Shown here in pieces: positions 8,543 through 16,551 of a stretch of 64,000 nucleotides of DNA (position 1 is the first letter of the stretch; each line of letters begins with the position of its first letter). Source of the DNA: a virus. The stretch covers positions 1-64,000 of the IMG/VR virus record IMGVR_UViG_3300042545_001484, one strand, 5' to 3'. Made by a program: the position numbers and the translations under genes. Under the pieces are notes generated by a model that saw only the letters and a program-made list of their open reading frames with translations, had not been told where the DNA came from and ran no database searches.

Positions 8543-9340
8543 ATGAATCGTATTGCTAAGATTGCTGTGCTCGCTGGTCTCATGGCTACGACTGCTGCTT
8601 GTACTCGAATTGAAACAGGTGAAGTAGGTGTTCGTCGTGCTATCGACAAGACCATTGAAACCACAGAGTTGATGCCAGGATCAATCAACCAGACACTGTT
8701 TGGCGATGTTATGACGTTTCCTACCAAGGACGTTTCTGTTGACGTTGCTGACTTGACTCCACTCGCGTCAGATAACTCGACCGTTGCTGACTTCGACATG
8801 GCAGTCATCTACTCGATCAATCCAGGTTCGGTTGCCGAACTCTACATCGAGAAGAATCGTGGCTTCCACGCTGACACCGAAGAAGGTGATACGCTGTTGA
8901 TGTATAACTACATTCGTCAGTTGGGTCGTAATGCTGCATACAAGGTTGCTCGTCGCTACGAGTCACTGAAGATGGCAGACAATCGTGCTGAAATCGAACA
9001 GCTTGTTCGTCAGGAAATTATTGCAAGCCTCGCATCTGAAAAGCTAGATAACTCAATTTCTATCTCACAGGTTCTGGTTCGTCAGGTCAAGCCTGCAGCC
9101 AATATCGTGCAGTCTGCTAACCTTTTGGTCCAAGCGCAAAATGAAAACAAGCGTAAGGAAGTAGAAGTTTCTACTGCAAAACTTGAAGCACAGCGTATCT
9201 CTGCATTGAATGCTAACGCTGGCGCAACTAAGTATATGGAAGCTACTGCTATCGTGACGATTGCTGAAGCGATTAAGGACGGCAAGGTTAACACCATCGT
9301 TGTTCCTTATGACTTCAAGGGTATTGTCAACGTAAAGTAA
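8543..9340 (+). CDS. SPFH/band-7 (stomatin/prohibitin-like) domain lipoprotein
   Basis: Signal peptide with a lipobox (TTAAC). Band-7 pattern KDVSVDVADLTPLASDNSTVADFDMAVIYSINP followed by a coiled-coil region. Confidence 0.55.
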   Translation: MNRIAKIAVLAGLMATTAACTRIETGEVGVRRAIDKTIETTELMPGSINQTLFGDVMTFPTKDVSVDVADLTPLASDNSTVADFDMAVIYSINPGSVAELYIEKNRGFHADTEEGDTLLMYNYIRQLGRNAAYKVARRYESLKMADNRAEIEQLVRQEIIASLASEKLDNSISISQVLVRQVKPAANIVQSANLLVQAQNENKRKEVEVSTAKLEAQRISALNANAGATKYMEATAIVTIAEAIKDGKVNTIVVPYDFKGIVNVK

Positions 9341-9346
9341 GACATA

Positions 9347-9435
9347 GGAACGTGGGCAGGACGGTAATGCAGCAGACTGCTAATCTGTACTACCTGTAAA
9401 GGGTAGACTGGGTTCGACTCCCAGACGTTCCGCCA
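9347..9435 (+). tRNA. tRNA-Ser (GCT), type II
   Basis: Acceptor ggaacgt/acgttcc; loop cuGCUaa; long variable arm; CCA encoded. Confidence 0.85.
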
Positions 9436-9542
9436 AGTTTGCGTGGTTTGTTTGCATAGAAAAGAGATGAGGTCGACCTTATGTAACCCCATTGAGCAAA
9501 CAGTAATACAGAGCAGCGGGGACTGTTCCACACAGAGTTTAT

Positions 9543-9618
9543 GGTGGTCGAGGTGTTAATGGATACATGCTGGATTGTGAATCCGGAGTTGCGGGATCGT
9601 TACCCGTCGATCACCCCA
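9543..9618 (+). tRNA. tRNA-His (GTG) with encoded G(-1)
   Basis: 8-bp acceptor stem including G-1:C73 (ggtggtcg/cgatcacc), the His identity feature. Loop uuGUGaa. Variant T-loop ATCGTTA. CCA encoded. Confidence 0.75.
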
Positions 9619-9619
9619 T

Positions 9620-9697
9620 GGGGGTATAGGCCAATTGGTTAGAGTCAGGGGACTTAAAATCCCCACAGTGTGGGTTCGAGTCCCACTACCCCTACCA
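9620..9697 (+). tRNA. atypical tRNA, anticodon TAA (Leu, UUA) but class-I architecture
   Basis: Acceptor gggggta/tacccct; anticodon stem gggga/tcccc with loop cuUAAaa; canonical GGTTCGAGTCC T-arm. Only a 3-bp D-stem can be drawn and the variable arm is 5 nt; bacterial tRNA-Leu is normally type II. Confidence 0.5.
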
Positions 9698-9708
9698 TAA
9701 AATAGTGC

Positions 9709-9745
9709 TTGACATATTATTTATTTCGAGTTATAGTGAATTATA
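9709..9745 (+). promoter_or_regulatory. conserved promoter cassette variant (TTGACA, 17 bp, TATAGT) ahead of the structured RNA and tRNA-Thr/Ala
   Basis: Consensus-like sigma70 hexamers at 17-bp spacing. Confidence 0.55.
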
Positions 9746-9794
9746 GTGAGAAAATCACTAAATACGTTGCTCTTTGAAATTGTTAGACCTTTTA

Positions 9795-9912
9795 GATGAC
9801 CACACTGGAAGTTCCTGTGGCGACCAAGCGCTCGGGGGAAGATAGGAACGTAAAGAGCGAAATTACTGCCAGTGTGCGTGGCAACATCTCAGTAGCCAGT
9901 GTGGTCATTTAA
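9795..9912 (+). ncRNA. candidate small structured RNA 1 in the tRNA cluster
   Basis: A 13-bp perfect long-range stem (ATGACCACACTGG...CCAGTGTGGTCAT) encloses about 90 nt with internal hairpins. No ORF. Lies between a promoter and tRNA-Thr. Reminiscent of the T4 stable RNAs C and D. Confidence 0.3.
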
Positions 9913-9922
9913 GAAGTTTACT

Positions 9923-9998
9923 GCCCTTATAGCTCAGTTGGTAGAGCACCTGCCTTGTAAGCAGGGGGTCTGGGGTTCGAGTCCTCATGAGGGCACCA
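9923..9998 (+). tRNA. tRNA-Thr (TGT)
   Basis: Acceptor gccctta/tgagggc; loop cuUGUaa; CCA encoded. Confidence 0.85.
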
Positions 9999-10147
9999 TT
10001 ATTCTAGGATATGAATATGAGAAGCGAATCTGCAGAATGTGTGATGTATGTGCCCGATACACCTTTGAATCGTGCGGCATTTACAGATGAAACGGTTTTA
10101 GCAGAGATATATAAAGTTTCGAATATTAAAATTGTGTTTAAAGAATT

Positions 10148-10223
10148 GGGGGATTAGCTCAGCTGGGAGAGCGTCTGCCTTGCACGCAGAAGGTCAACGG
10201 TTCGATCCCGTTATCCTCCACCA
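10148..10223 (+). tRNA. tRNA-Ala (TGC)
   Basis: G3-U70 identity pair; very close to E. coli tRNA-Ala (GCTCAGCTGGGAGAGC...TTGCACGCAG...). CCA encoded. Confidence 0.9.
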
Positions 10224-10227
10224 TTAT

Positions 10228-10360
10228 AGACCACCTCTGCTGAACCTCGTGGGAAACCACATAGAGAAAAGGGTAGCGCTTGCTGTTGCAACAGTAAAGA
10301 CTATCTAGGAAGATCAAGCGTCCGGAAGTAATTGATCAAGGCACACTGTGGGTGGTCGCT
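10228..10360 (+). ncRNA. candidate small structured RNA 2 in the tRNA cluster
   Basis: Terminal stem AGACCACC...GGTGGTCG with the same GACCAC motif as RNA 1; internal palindrome ctgttgcaacag. No ORF. Between tRNA-Ala and the radical SAM gene. Confidence 0.3.
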
Positions 10361-10377
10361 CATAAAAAGGAATTAAA

Positions 10378-11394
10378 ATGTTATCTTCTAGCGACAGTAA
10401 TATGACTTATGTGCAATCTAGACTCGCCAAGGCGAAGATCAAAATGCTTCAGCTTGATGTGTTTGGATTCTGTAATGCCAAATGTTGGTATTGCCCTGTA
10501 AGATATATTCCTCAGCCAGAAGAAGGCATGGTTCAAATGCCTTTGGAAACTGTCGAGAAAATCTTCAAGCAATTTGTAGAAGAACGAGACAAAGAAGAAG
10601 GTGTTGTTGATCGCAGCTTTAGTTTGTTTATGACAACTCATTATAGCGAGATTCTTTTGTATAAGGATTTTGCTGGGCTGTTGGAACTTGCCAGAAAATA
10701 TAAGCTGCAGACTTTTATTCTCAGTAATGGTATGAACCTGAACAAAGAAAAAGTCGATCTGATCAAAGAGTATAAAGATGTTGTTCCTCATATTGGGCTG
10801 AACATTCCTGCTTTTGAGAAGGAACTGTGGGCAAAGCGTGCTGGGTTTCCTGAAAGACGGTTCGACGAATTGATGGAGAATCTGGATTATGCAGGAGAAA
10901 CTCTGCATGGGCTTATAGAACTCAATATCCATGTCAACGGTGTTAACACTGAAGATTTCAATGGTCGAACAACCAAAGGTCCAAAGTTTGACGAACTTGA
11001 TATTAACTTAGACAGAGAACATGGCGAGTGGGAACGACAGTGGGTGATCGCTGATCGAAGGTTCCCCAAGTTTAATGTCGGCAAAGGTTCGTTGATGGAT
11101 CGCACTGGTTTGCTTTCTGATTATATTTCTAACAAAGAGATGCAGGAACGCAGACTCGAGACTCGCACCGTTGTCGGTTGTGGAAATTGGGGCGACAGAA
11201 CCACCGAATGGCTGCATATCAATGCAGCAGGTGACGTGATTCTTTGTTGTAACGATTATAATTTCGACTATAAGTTTGGAAACATTAACACCCAAACTAT
11301 TCGAGAAATTTGGGGCAGCGATGCCCATGCCGCTACAGTTGAACGAGCATATCGTGAGATATGTGCAAATTGTACGGCAGCAATAATTATCTAA
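10378..11394 (+). CDS. radical SAM enzyme with a C-terminal SPASM/twitch-like Cys-rich domain
   Basis: CxxxCxxC (CNAKCWYC) near the N-terminus. C-terminal cluster VVGCGNWGD...LCCND...ICANC. 338 aa. Confidence 0.7.
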   Translation: MLSSSDSNMTYVQSRLAKAKIKMLQLDVFGFCNAKCWYCPVRYIPQPEEGMVQMPLETVEKIFKQFVEERDKEEGVVDRSFSLFMTTHYSEILLYKDFAGLLELARKYKLQTFILSNGMNLNKEKVDLIKEYKDVVPHIGLNIPAFEKELWAKRAGFPERRFDELMENLDYAGETLHGLIELNIHVNGVNTEDFNGRTTKGPKFDELDINLDREHGEWERQWVIADRRFPKFNVGKGSLMDRTGLLSDYISNKEMQERRLETRTVVGCGNWGDRTTEWLHINAAGDVILCCNDYNFDYKFGNINTQTIREIWGSDAHAATVERAYREICANCTAAIII

Positions 11395-11486
11395 TTGACT
11401 CCGACCTCTGGTTTAAGTTCCGACCTGAACTGACAGGCGGTAACATTTGTGTCCTAGGAAACGCATTTGTTAAGGAGTTTTTATTT

Positions 11487-11562
11487 GCCTTTGTAGCTCA
11501 GTTGGTAGAGCAGTGGATTGAAGATCCACGTGTCGGGGGTTCGACTCCCTCCGAAGGCACCA
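11487..11562 (+). tRNA. tRNA-Phe (GAA)
   Basis: Acceptor gcctttg/cgaaggc; loop uuGAAga; CCA encoded. Confidence 0.85.
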
Positions 11563-11651
11563 GTTAATAGCTAAACTACTCGCATACCGTATGGTGTATG
11601 GAGTCTGTCGTGAATGTTTAGCACGTGTATCGAGACGTGAGATACTCCTAT

Positions 11652-11734
11652 GCGGGTATGGTGGAATTGGCAGACACACTAGTTTTAGGTACTAGCGCTT
11701 CGGCGTGGGGGTTCAAGTCCCTCTACCCGTACCA
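11652..11734 (+). tRNA. tRNA-Leu (TAG), type II
   Basis: Acceptor gcgggta/tacccgt; loop uuUAGgu; long variable arm; CCA encoded. Confidence 0.85.
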
Positions 11735-11740
11735 TTTTAA

Positions 11741-11825
11741 GGGTCGGTAAAGCCAGTGGCTCTGGCAGTCGGACTGTAAATCCGATCCGTCTTCGGGGGA
11801 GGATCGATACCTCACTGACCCACCA
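11741..11825 (+). tRNA. tRNA-Tyr (GTA), type II
   Basis: Acceptor gggtcgg/ctgaccc with a G-U pair; loop cuGUAaa; long variable arm; variant T-loop ATCGATA; CCA encoded. Confidence 0.75.
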
Positions 11826-11827
11826 TT

Positions 11828-11903
11828 GGGGGCGTAGCTCAATCGGGAGAGCACCAGCTTGTCACGCTGGAGGTAGTGGGATCGAAACCCATCGTCCTCG
11901 CCA
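11828..11903 (+). tRNA. tRNA-Asp (GTC)
   Basis: Acceptor gggggcg/cgtcctc with two G-U pairs; loop uuGUCac; CCA encoded. Confidence 0.8.
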
Positions 11904-11918
11904 CTAAATAAGTTTAAT

Positions 11919-11993
11919 GCGGATGTAACTCAGTGGTAGAGTGTCAGCCTTCCAAGCTGTTCGTCGTCGGTTCGATCCCGATCATCCGCTCCA
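11919..11993 (+). tRNA. tRNA-Gly (TCC)
   Basis: Acceptor gcggatg/catccgc; loop cuUCCaa; resembles E. coli tRNA-Gly2; CCA encoded. Confidence 0.85.
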
Positions 11994-11999
11994 CTTTTG

Positions 12000-12080
12000 C
12001 CCAAGTATCCCTCTCCGCTACGAACGGAGCCAAAGGTAACTGGAAGTAAGATGCAGGTTCGAATCCTGTCGAGGGCTCCA
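12000..12080 (+). pseudogene. degenerate tRNA-like element: intact T-arm, 3' acceptor strand and CCA, an Arg(ACG)-type anticodon hairpin, but no canonical 5' acceptor or D-arm
   Basis: GCAGGTTCGAATCCTGT, then CGAGGGC-T-CCA, but no complementary 5' strand. Hairpin ctccg-CUACGAA-cggag. Could not be folded into a cloverleaf. Confidence 0.3.
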
Positions 12081-12085
12081 TATAT

Positions 12086-12162
<77 letters not shown>

Positions 12163-12168
12163 GTTTTT

Positions 12169-12243
12169 GTCGGTGTGGTGAAATGGCTATCATTACGGTC
12201 TCCAAAACCGTCGTTCCGAGTTCGAGTCTCGGCACCTTCGCCA
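12169..12243 (+). tRNA. tRNA-Trp (CCA) with two mismatches in the acceptor stem
   Basis: D-arm, anticodon stem acggt/accgt with loop cuCCAaa, and T-arm are canonical. Acceptor gtcggtg/caccttc has C3-U70 and U2-U71 mismatches. Confidence 0.55.
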
Positions 12244-12258
12244 GTTTTTAGGTGATTT

Positions 12259-12696
12259 ATGTTTGATGAAGCAAAGAAGGCAATTATAGAATCAAGCGAC
12301 ACTTCTACAATTTATGTTGGTGCCGATAGCATTCGATATAAAAAGAACAAGGAGTGGTGGGCAAAGTATTCGACCGTGATCATCCTGCACAAGGATTCGA
12401 AGCATGGTTGTCAGCTTTGGCACAATTCGGTTGACATGCGCGACTACGGAAACCTTCGTCAAAGAATGATCACCGAAGCTGGATTTGCGATCCAAGCAGC
12501 AACAGAAATTATTGATGTTGTTGGCGATCGCAAACTAGAAATTCACCTTGACATCAATCCTGATCCTAAGCACAAATCTAGTATTGCGATAAAAGAAGCA
12601 TTGGGATATGTCAAAGGAACTACTGGTCTTGATGCAAAAGTTAAACCTGAGGCATTTGCTGCAACGCATGCAGCTGACCATATGGTAAGAAGTTAA
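12259..12696 (+). CDS. hypothetical protein inside the tRNA cluster (145 aa), possible RNase-H-like nuclease fold
   Basis: IYVGADS, VIILH and EIHLDINPDP segments loosely resemble the acidic catalytic segments of RNase-H-like nucleases. Ends 2 nt before tRNA-Val. Weak call. Confidence 0.5.
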   Translation: MFDEAKKAIIESSDTSTIYVGADSIRYKKNKEWWAKYSTVIILHKDSKHGCQLWHNSVDMRDYGNLRQRMITEAGFAIQAATEIIDVVGDRKLEIHLDINPDPKHKSSIAIKEALGYVKGTTGLDAKVKPEAFAATHAADHMVRS

Positions 12697-12697
12697 T

Positions 12698-12773
12698 GCG
12701 GGATTAGCTCAGTTGGTAGAGCGTCTGCTTTACACGCAGAATGTCGGCAGTTCGAGCCTGTCATCCCGTACCA
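12698..12773 (+). tRNA. tRNA-Val (TAC)
   Basis: Acceptor gcgggat/atcccgt (G1-U72); loop uuUACac; CCA encoded. Confidence 0.85.
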
Positions 12774-12966
12774 AATATCTGGACCGACGGGTCTAGTAAG
12801 AAGTGTGACTGAATAATCCCCTCGTCAGTGGGGATAAAGTAGACTCGGGGATTGGTCTCCTGCTTAACCAGCTAACGAGTCGTGGGTCGAGATTACAGAT
12901 AGTAATTGACTGGACCTTGGAGGTATACCTAAATCCTCCCACTTCGCTTTTATTATAAATAGATGC

Positions 12967-13254
12967 ATGCAATATGATGTTATCTTTCAACTGATCGCCG
13001 ATGTCGGCTTCCCCATCGCAGCTTGTTTGCTCGGTGGGGTTTTCGTGTATTTTGTGATCAACTATATTCTTGAGAGTGTTTTGAAAGCAATCAAAGGAAT
13101 GCAAGGTATCATTATGGGGTTGGACAACCGAGTGAAAACTATGAACCACGACATTATTCGTGTTGATGCTGTAGTTAGTTCTGCTCTTGGTCTTCGACCT
13201 GATTTGGATAGAATCGCCCGAGCAGATGGAAAGAATGATGCTCGGAGGGACTGA
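12967..13254 (+). CDS. small membrane protein, paralog A (95 aa): N-terminal TM helix plus C-terminal helix
   Basis: Tandem paralog of 13254..13520: GFPIAACLLGGVFVYFVINYI versus GFPIVASVGMGYFVFFIYKFV, and a conserved NRV/DRI...MxxDIIR segment. Confidence 0.5.
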   Translation: MQYDVIFQLIADVGFPIAACLLGGVFVYFVINYILESVLKAIKGMQGIIMGLDNRVKTMNHDIIRVDAVVSSALGLRPDLDRIARADGKNDARRD

Positions 13255-13520
13255 TGGATCCACAAGTTGTTGCGGAGTTAATAAAACAATATGGTTTCCC
13301 GATCGTAGCGTCTGTGGGAATGGGTTACTTTGTATTCTTTATCTATAAGTTTGTTACTGACAGATTAATGCCTCTGATTGGTGAAACAAATGTAATTTTG
13401 ATCGCACTGATTGATCGTATTAGAATGTTGGACAATGATCTAATTAGGTTACAACAAAAGGTTAACGTTGTGCTGCAGGTTCACGAGGAGCATAAAAATG
13501 CAAGTAAATCTAAAGATTGA
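13254..13520 (+). CDS. small membrane protein, paralog B (88 aa)
   Basis: See paralog A; start overlaps the stop of A. Confidence 0.5.
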   Translation: MDPQVVAELIKQYGFPIVASVGMGYFVFFIYKFVTDRLMPLIGETNVILIALIDRIRMLDNDLIRLQQKVNVVLQVHEEHKNASKSKD

Positions 13521-13576
13521 AATCCTCAAAGTCTTCGAGCTCAACTTTTCTTTTTGTTCAAACAAAAAAATAAAGG

Positions 13577-14029
13577 ATGGGAAAGATGCTAAAACGAGTG
13601 ACGGCACTAATGCTGCTCCTGACAAGCAGCCACCTGCAAGCAAGTGAACTGGTCCATCAATTTAAAAATCCTTCATTCTCTGGCGTCAATGCTGGAGCGC
13701 AATGGCTGACGATTGAAAATCAAGAGACTCTGCGTAAAAAAACTATACAGGACAAGATAGAAGCTGATTTGAAAGCAAAGGCTCTCGAAGAAAAAAACTC
13801 TATTTTGAATCGTTTCTTGAATAACTTGCAGTCTCGTATCTATTCTCAGCTGGCACAACAGCTTACCAATAATTTGTTTGGCGAAGATGGCGGAGAGGCT
13901 GGAGAATTCATACTCGAAGGCAACACTATCAAGTATGAAAAAACTGAAACAGAAATTAAACTTGTGATCATTGATGCAGCTGGCAATCAAACTGAGATTA
14001 TAGTTCCAACAAGTGGATTCAAGTGGTAA
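13577..14029 (+). CDS. csgF: CsgF-like curli assembly protein
   Basis: Signal peptide. The mature N-terminus ELVHQFKNPSFSGVNAGAQWLTIENQ matches the E. coli CsgF N-terminus ([28 protein letters not shown]). Stop overlaps the csgG start (TAATG). Confidence 0.6.
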   Translation: MGKMLKRVTALMLLLTSSHLQASELVHQFKNPSFSGVNAGAQWLTIENQETLRKKTIQDKIEADLKAKALEEKNSILNRFLNNLQSRIYSQLAQQLTNNLFGEDGGEAGEFILEGNTIKYEKTETEIKLVIIDAAGNQTEIIVPTSGFKW

Positions 14030-14841
14030 TGTGGAAGATTCTATTATTACCTTTTCTTCTGTGTGGTTGCGTGGCATCTGGACCTGTTGGTCTTCAATTA
14101 AAAGAAGATGCAAAGATTGTAAAGACACAAGTCAAAGAATTATACAACCTTCCTGCGCCTGACAGACAAGCAGTAGTAGCGGTTTATGACTTTCCTGATA
14201 TGACAGGTCAACGCAGAGATAAAGATGGTATTGCCAGCATATCAACTGCAGTCACACAAGGCGGAACACCACTATTAATTTCTGCTTTGAGGGATGCAGG
14301 TGGAGGAACATGGTTTAGAGTTGTAGAACGAAATCGTGTCGAGGATCTTGCCAAAGAACGTCAGATTGTTAGACAGACTCGTGAAGAATATCTTGGTGAG
14401 GGTGCAAATAAACTCGAACCAATGCTGTTCGCTGGGCTCATCATCCAAGGTGGTATTATCGGGTATGATAGTAACATACAGACAGGCGGAGCAGGAGCAA
14501 GATATCTTGGTGTAGGAGGCTCTGTCGTCTACCGAAAAGATCAGGTTGTTGTTTCTCTGCGAGGAGTCAACACTAATACTGGAGAAGTTGTTCTTAATGT
14601 GCAAGTTTCTAAAACAGTATTATCTGTCGGTAAAGATCTGTCACTGTTTAAATTTGTCGATGTTGGCACAAAATTGGTGGAAGCCGAAGCAGGCATGACC
14701 GAAAATGAAGCCAACACCATGGCAGTCAAAATGGCGATTGAAGAAGCAGTTTTACAATTGATAAAACAGGGTATCGAGAAAGGATATTTTAAGTTCGCAC
14801 CGAAGATCGATATCGATCGATCGGTATCATTAAAGGAATAA
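14029..14841 (+). CDS. csgG: CsgG curli secretion channel lipoprotein
   Basis: Lipobox LLCGC. Long collinear similarity to E. coli CsgG: LPAP...VAVYDFPDMTGQ, LISALRDAGGGTWFRVVERNRVEDLAKERQI, GGIIGYDSNIQTGGAGARYLGVGG, VNTNTGEVVLNV. Confidence 0.85.
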   Translation: MWKILLLPFLLCGCVASGPVGLQLKEDAKIVKTQVKELYNLPAPDRQAVVAVYDFPDMTGQRRDKDGIASISTAVTQGGTPLLISALRDAGGGTWFRVVERNRVEDLAKERQIVRQTREEYLGEGANKLEPMLFAGLIIQGGIIGYDSNIQTGGAGARYLGVGGSVVYRKDQVVVSLRGVNTNTGEVVLNVQVSKTVLSVGKDLSLFKFVDVGTKLVEAEAGMTENEANTMAVKMAIEEAVLQLIKQGIEKGYFKFAPKIDIDRSVSLKE

Positions 14842-14846
14842 GGGTA

Positions 14847-15542
14847 ATGAAAAATAAAATAGCTCTTTTCATTATGTTTCTGATGACGAGTTCGGTGAGT
14901 TTTGCACAAACAACAACCAACTCGATTTTTATTGATCAGGTCGGTGATAGTAGCACTATTACTATTACCCAAAAAGGTCAAACCAACAGCATCGGTTCTG
15001 AGCAGAATCGAGTAGTAATTGAAGGTAATAACCAAACAGTTACAGTCAAACAAGAAGGTAATGGAAACATTATCCAAGGCTCTATTGTTCAAGCAGATAA
15101 TGTCGATAAGGATGTTACTGTTACTGGCGACAACAATAAGTTGACGTATGACGAAGGCGATAGCGGTAGTGTGGCTGGATCCACCAAAACACTTACAGTG
15201 ACTGGGGATTCAAACGACTTGACCTTTAATCAGGGTACAGCGGCATCAGCCACTAATGCTACACAAACTATCGCAATCACTGGTGACACCAACACAATGA
15301 CATCCACCATAAATGCGGATGATGTGGTGAACACTAAGACTATTGTTGGTGATGGTAATACTATTACTACGCTGCAGAATGGCAATGCTGGGAAGAATAT
15401 TGAATTGGTTCTTACAGGCAGTACAAATACATTAACAATAAATCAGCAGAGCACAACAAATGTTGACACACTTAAAGTTGATAGCACGAGCAACGGCAGC
15501 ACTATTACTATTAATCAGTGCAACGCAGGTGGTCCATGCTAA
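14847..15542 (+). CDS. secreted curlin-repeat-like (CsgA/CsgB-type) beta-solenoid protein
   Basis: Signal peptide. About 8 imperfect ~22-aa repeats of the form x-I-x-I-x-Q-x-G-x-x-N-x-I (IDQVGDSSTITITQKGQTNSIGSEQ...) reminiscent of curlin repeats. C-terminal Cys pair. Confidence 0.5.
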   Translation: MKNKIALFIMFLMTSSVSFAQTTTNSIFIDQVGDSSTITITQKGQTNSIGSEQNRVVIEGNNQTVTVKQEGNGNIIQGSIVQADNVDKDVTVTGDNNKLTYDEGDSGSVAGSTKTLTVTGDSNDLTFNQGTAASATNATQTIAITGDTNTMTSTINADDVVNTKTIVGDGNTITTLQNGNAGKNIELVLTGSTNTLTINQQSTTNVDTLKVDSTSNGSTITINQCNAGGPC

Positions 15543-16551
15543 TATTGGTAAGGTAACTCAAACTCGAGGTTCGAGCGAAGTTGTGAAGAAAACTGCAAAG
15601 GTTCCTTCACGACTTCAGTTACCTATTGCCAAGATGGACAAAGTGCAGACTGGAAACGGTAGAGTCGAGATAACTTTTTTAGACGACTCTACCGTCAAAG
15701 TCACTGAAAATTCTAGGCTTGTTGTTGATGATTTTGTTTACAGCGGCAATCCATCAACATCAAAAATGGTTCTCAAATTTGCTTCGGGGACTGCCAGATT
15801 TGCGACAGGTAAATCCGGAAAAATCAACAAAGGCAATATTAATCTGAGAACACCAACAGCCACGATTGCTGTTCGTGGAACAGACTTTGCGACCACAGTC
15901 GATGATTTTGGAAAGAGTTTGGTCATCCTTCTGCCAGAGGAAGATGGATCAGTTGGTGAGATTACTGTTTCAAATGCTGCTGGCTCAGTCATTTTGACCA
16001 GAGCGTTTCAAGCGACCATAGTATCAACCACAGACAGCAGACCTACTCGTCCAGTCATTCTGAATATGTCACTTGATCAAATTGATAATATGCTCATCGT
16101 AGCACCTGCCGAAGAATTCAAGACTGAGGAGGAATTGAGAGATATCAGGACTAACATGCTGGATCTCTCTGAACTTGATGTAGATTTCCTTGCCAAAGAT
16201 GATCTACAAGAAAATGCACTTGCAAGTTCGGATCTTGATATTAATGCAATCGATGCAAATTACCTCGGCGAAGACTTTTTAGACAATGCTTTAGGAGCAG
16301 ATAATTGTGTCACCAGAGAAGACACCAAGTTGTGCGGAACAACATTTGGGCTAGATAATACTACACAGATAACTACAATTCTTTCTGGAGATTATCTACG
16401 GCTCGTTCGGACACTAAGTAGTACTGTTGACATTGTTGTCAAAAAAGATTCAAACAAAACATTATACATAGATAGTAATGGAAAGTCATTTCTAATCGAA
16501 GTAAATCAACCATCGGGCGGGACTATTATAAATGTCAAACAAAGCGATTAA
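15460..16551 (+). CDS. FecR-domain protein with signal peptide; overlaps the curlin-like gene by 83 nt in another frame
   Basis: Signal peptide ...LLLLISATQVVHA. FecR-like segment GTARFATGKSGKINKGNINLRTPTATIAVRGTDF. FecR-domain proteins commonly partner CHASE2 sensors. Confidence 0.6.
   Translation: MLTHLKLIARATAALLLLISATQVVHANIGKVTQTRGSSEVVKKTAKVPSRLQLPIAKMDKVQTGNGRVEITFLDDSTVKVTENSRLVVDDFVYSGNPSTSKMVLKFASGTARFATGKSGKINKGNINLRTPTATIAVRGTDFATTVDDFGKSLVILLPEEDGSVGEITVSNAAGSVILTRAFQATIVSTTDSRPTRPVILNMSLDQIDNMLIVAPAEEFKTEEELRDIRTNMLDLSELDVDFLAKDDLQENALASSDLDINAIDANYLGEDFLDNALGADNCVTREDTKLCGTTFGLDNTTQITTILSGDYLRLVRTLSSTVDIVVKKDSNKTLYIDSNGKSFLIEVNQPSGGTIINVKQSD

Noticed and set aside
9620-9697. 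Reading of the atypical tRNA as an ochre suppressor
   Set aside because: The anticodon in the 7-nt loop CUUAAAA is UAA (positions 34-36), which reads UUA/UUG (Leu). It is not UUA, which would read a stop.
9899-10090. 63-aa ORF overlapping tRNA-Thr
   Set aside because: Begins inside the structured RNA and runs through the tRNA gene. No RBS.
10381-10932. 183-aa minus-strand ORF
   Set aside because: Lies wholly antisense inside the radical-SAM gene, which has clear motifs. Shadow ORF.
12793-13263. 156-aa minus-strand ORF spanning the structured 12780-12960 region and the paralog gene
   Set aside because: The plus strand carries two mutually homologous genes (paralogs A and B), which supports the plus-strand reading. 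The minus ORF crosses a hairpin-rich non-coding region.
14541-15092. 183-aa minus-strand ORF
   Set aside because: Antisense to csgG and the curlin-repeat gene, both of which have strong motif support.
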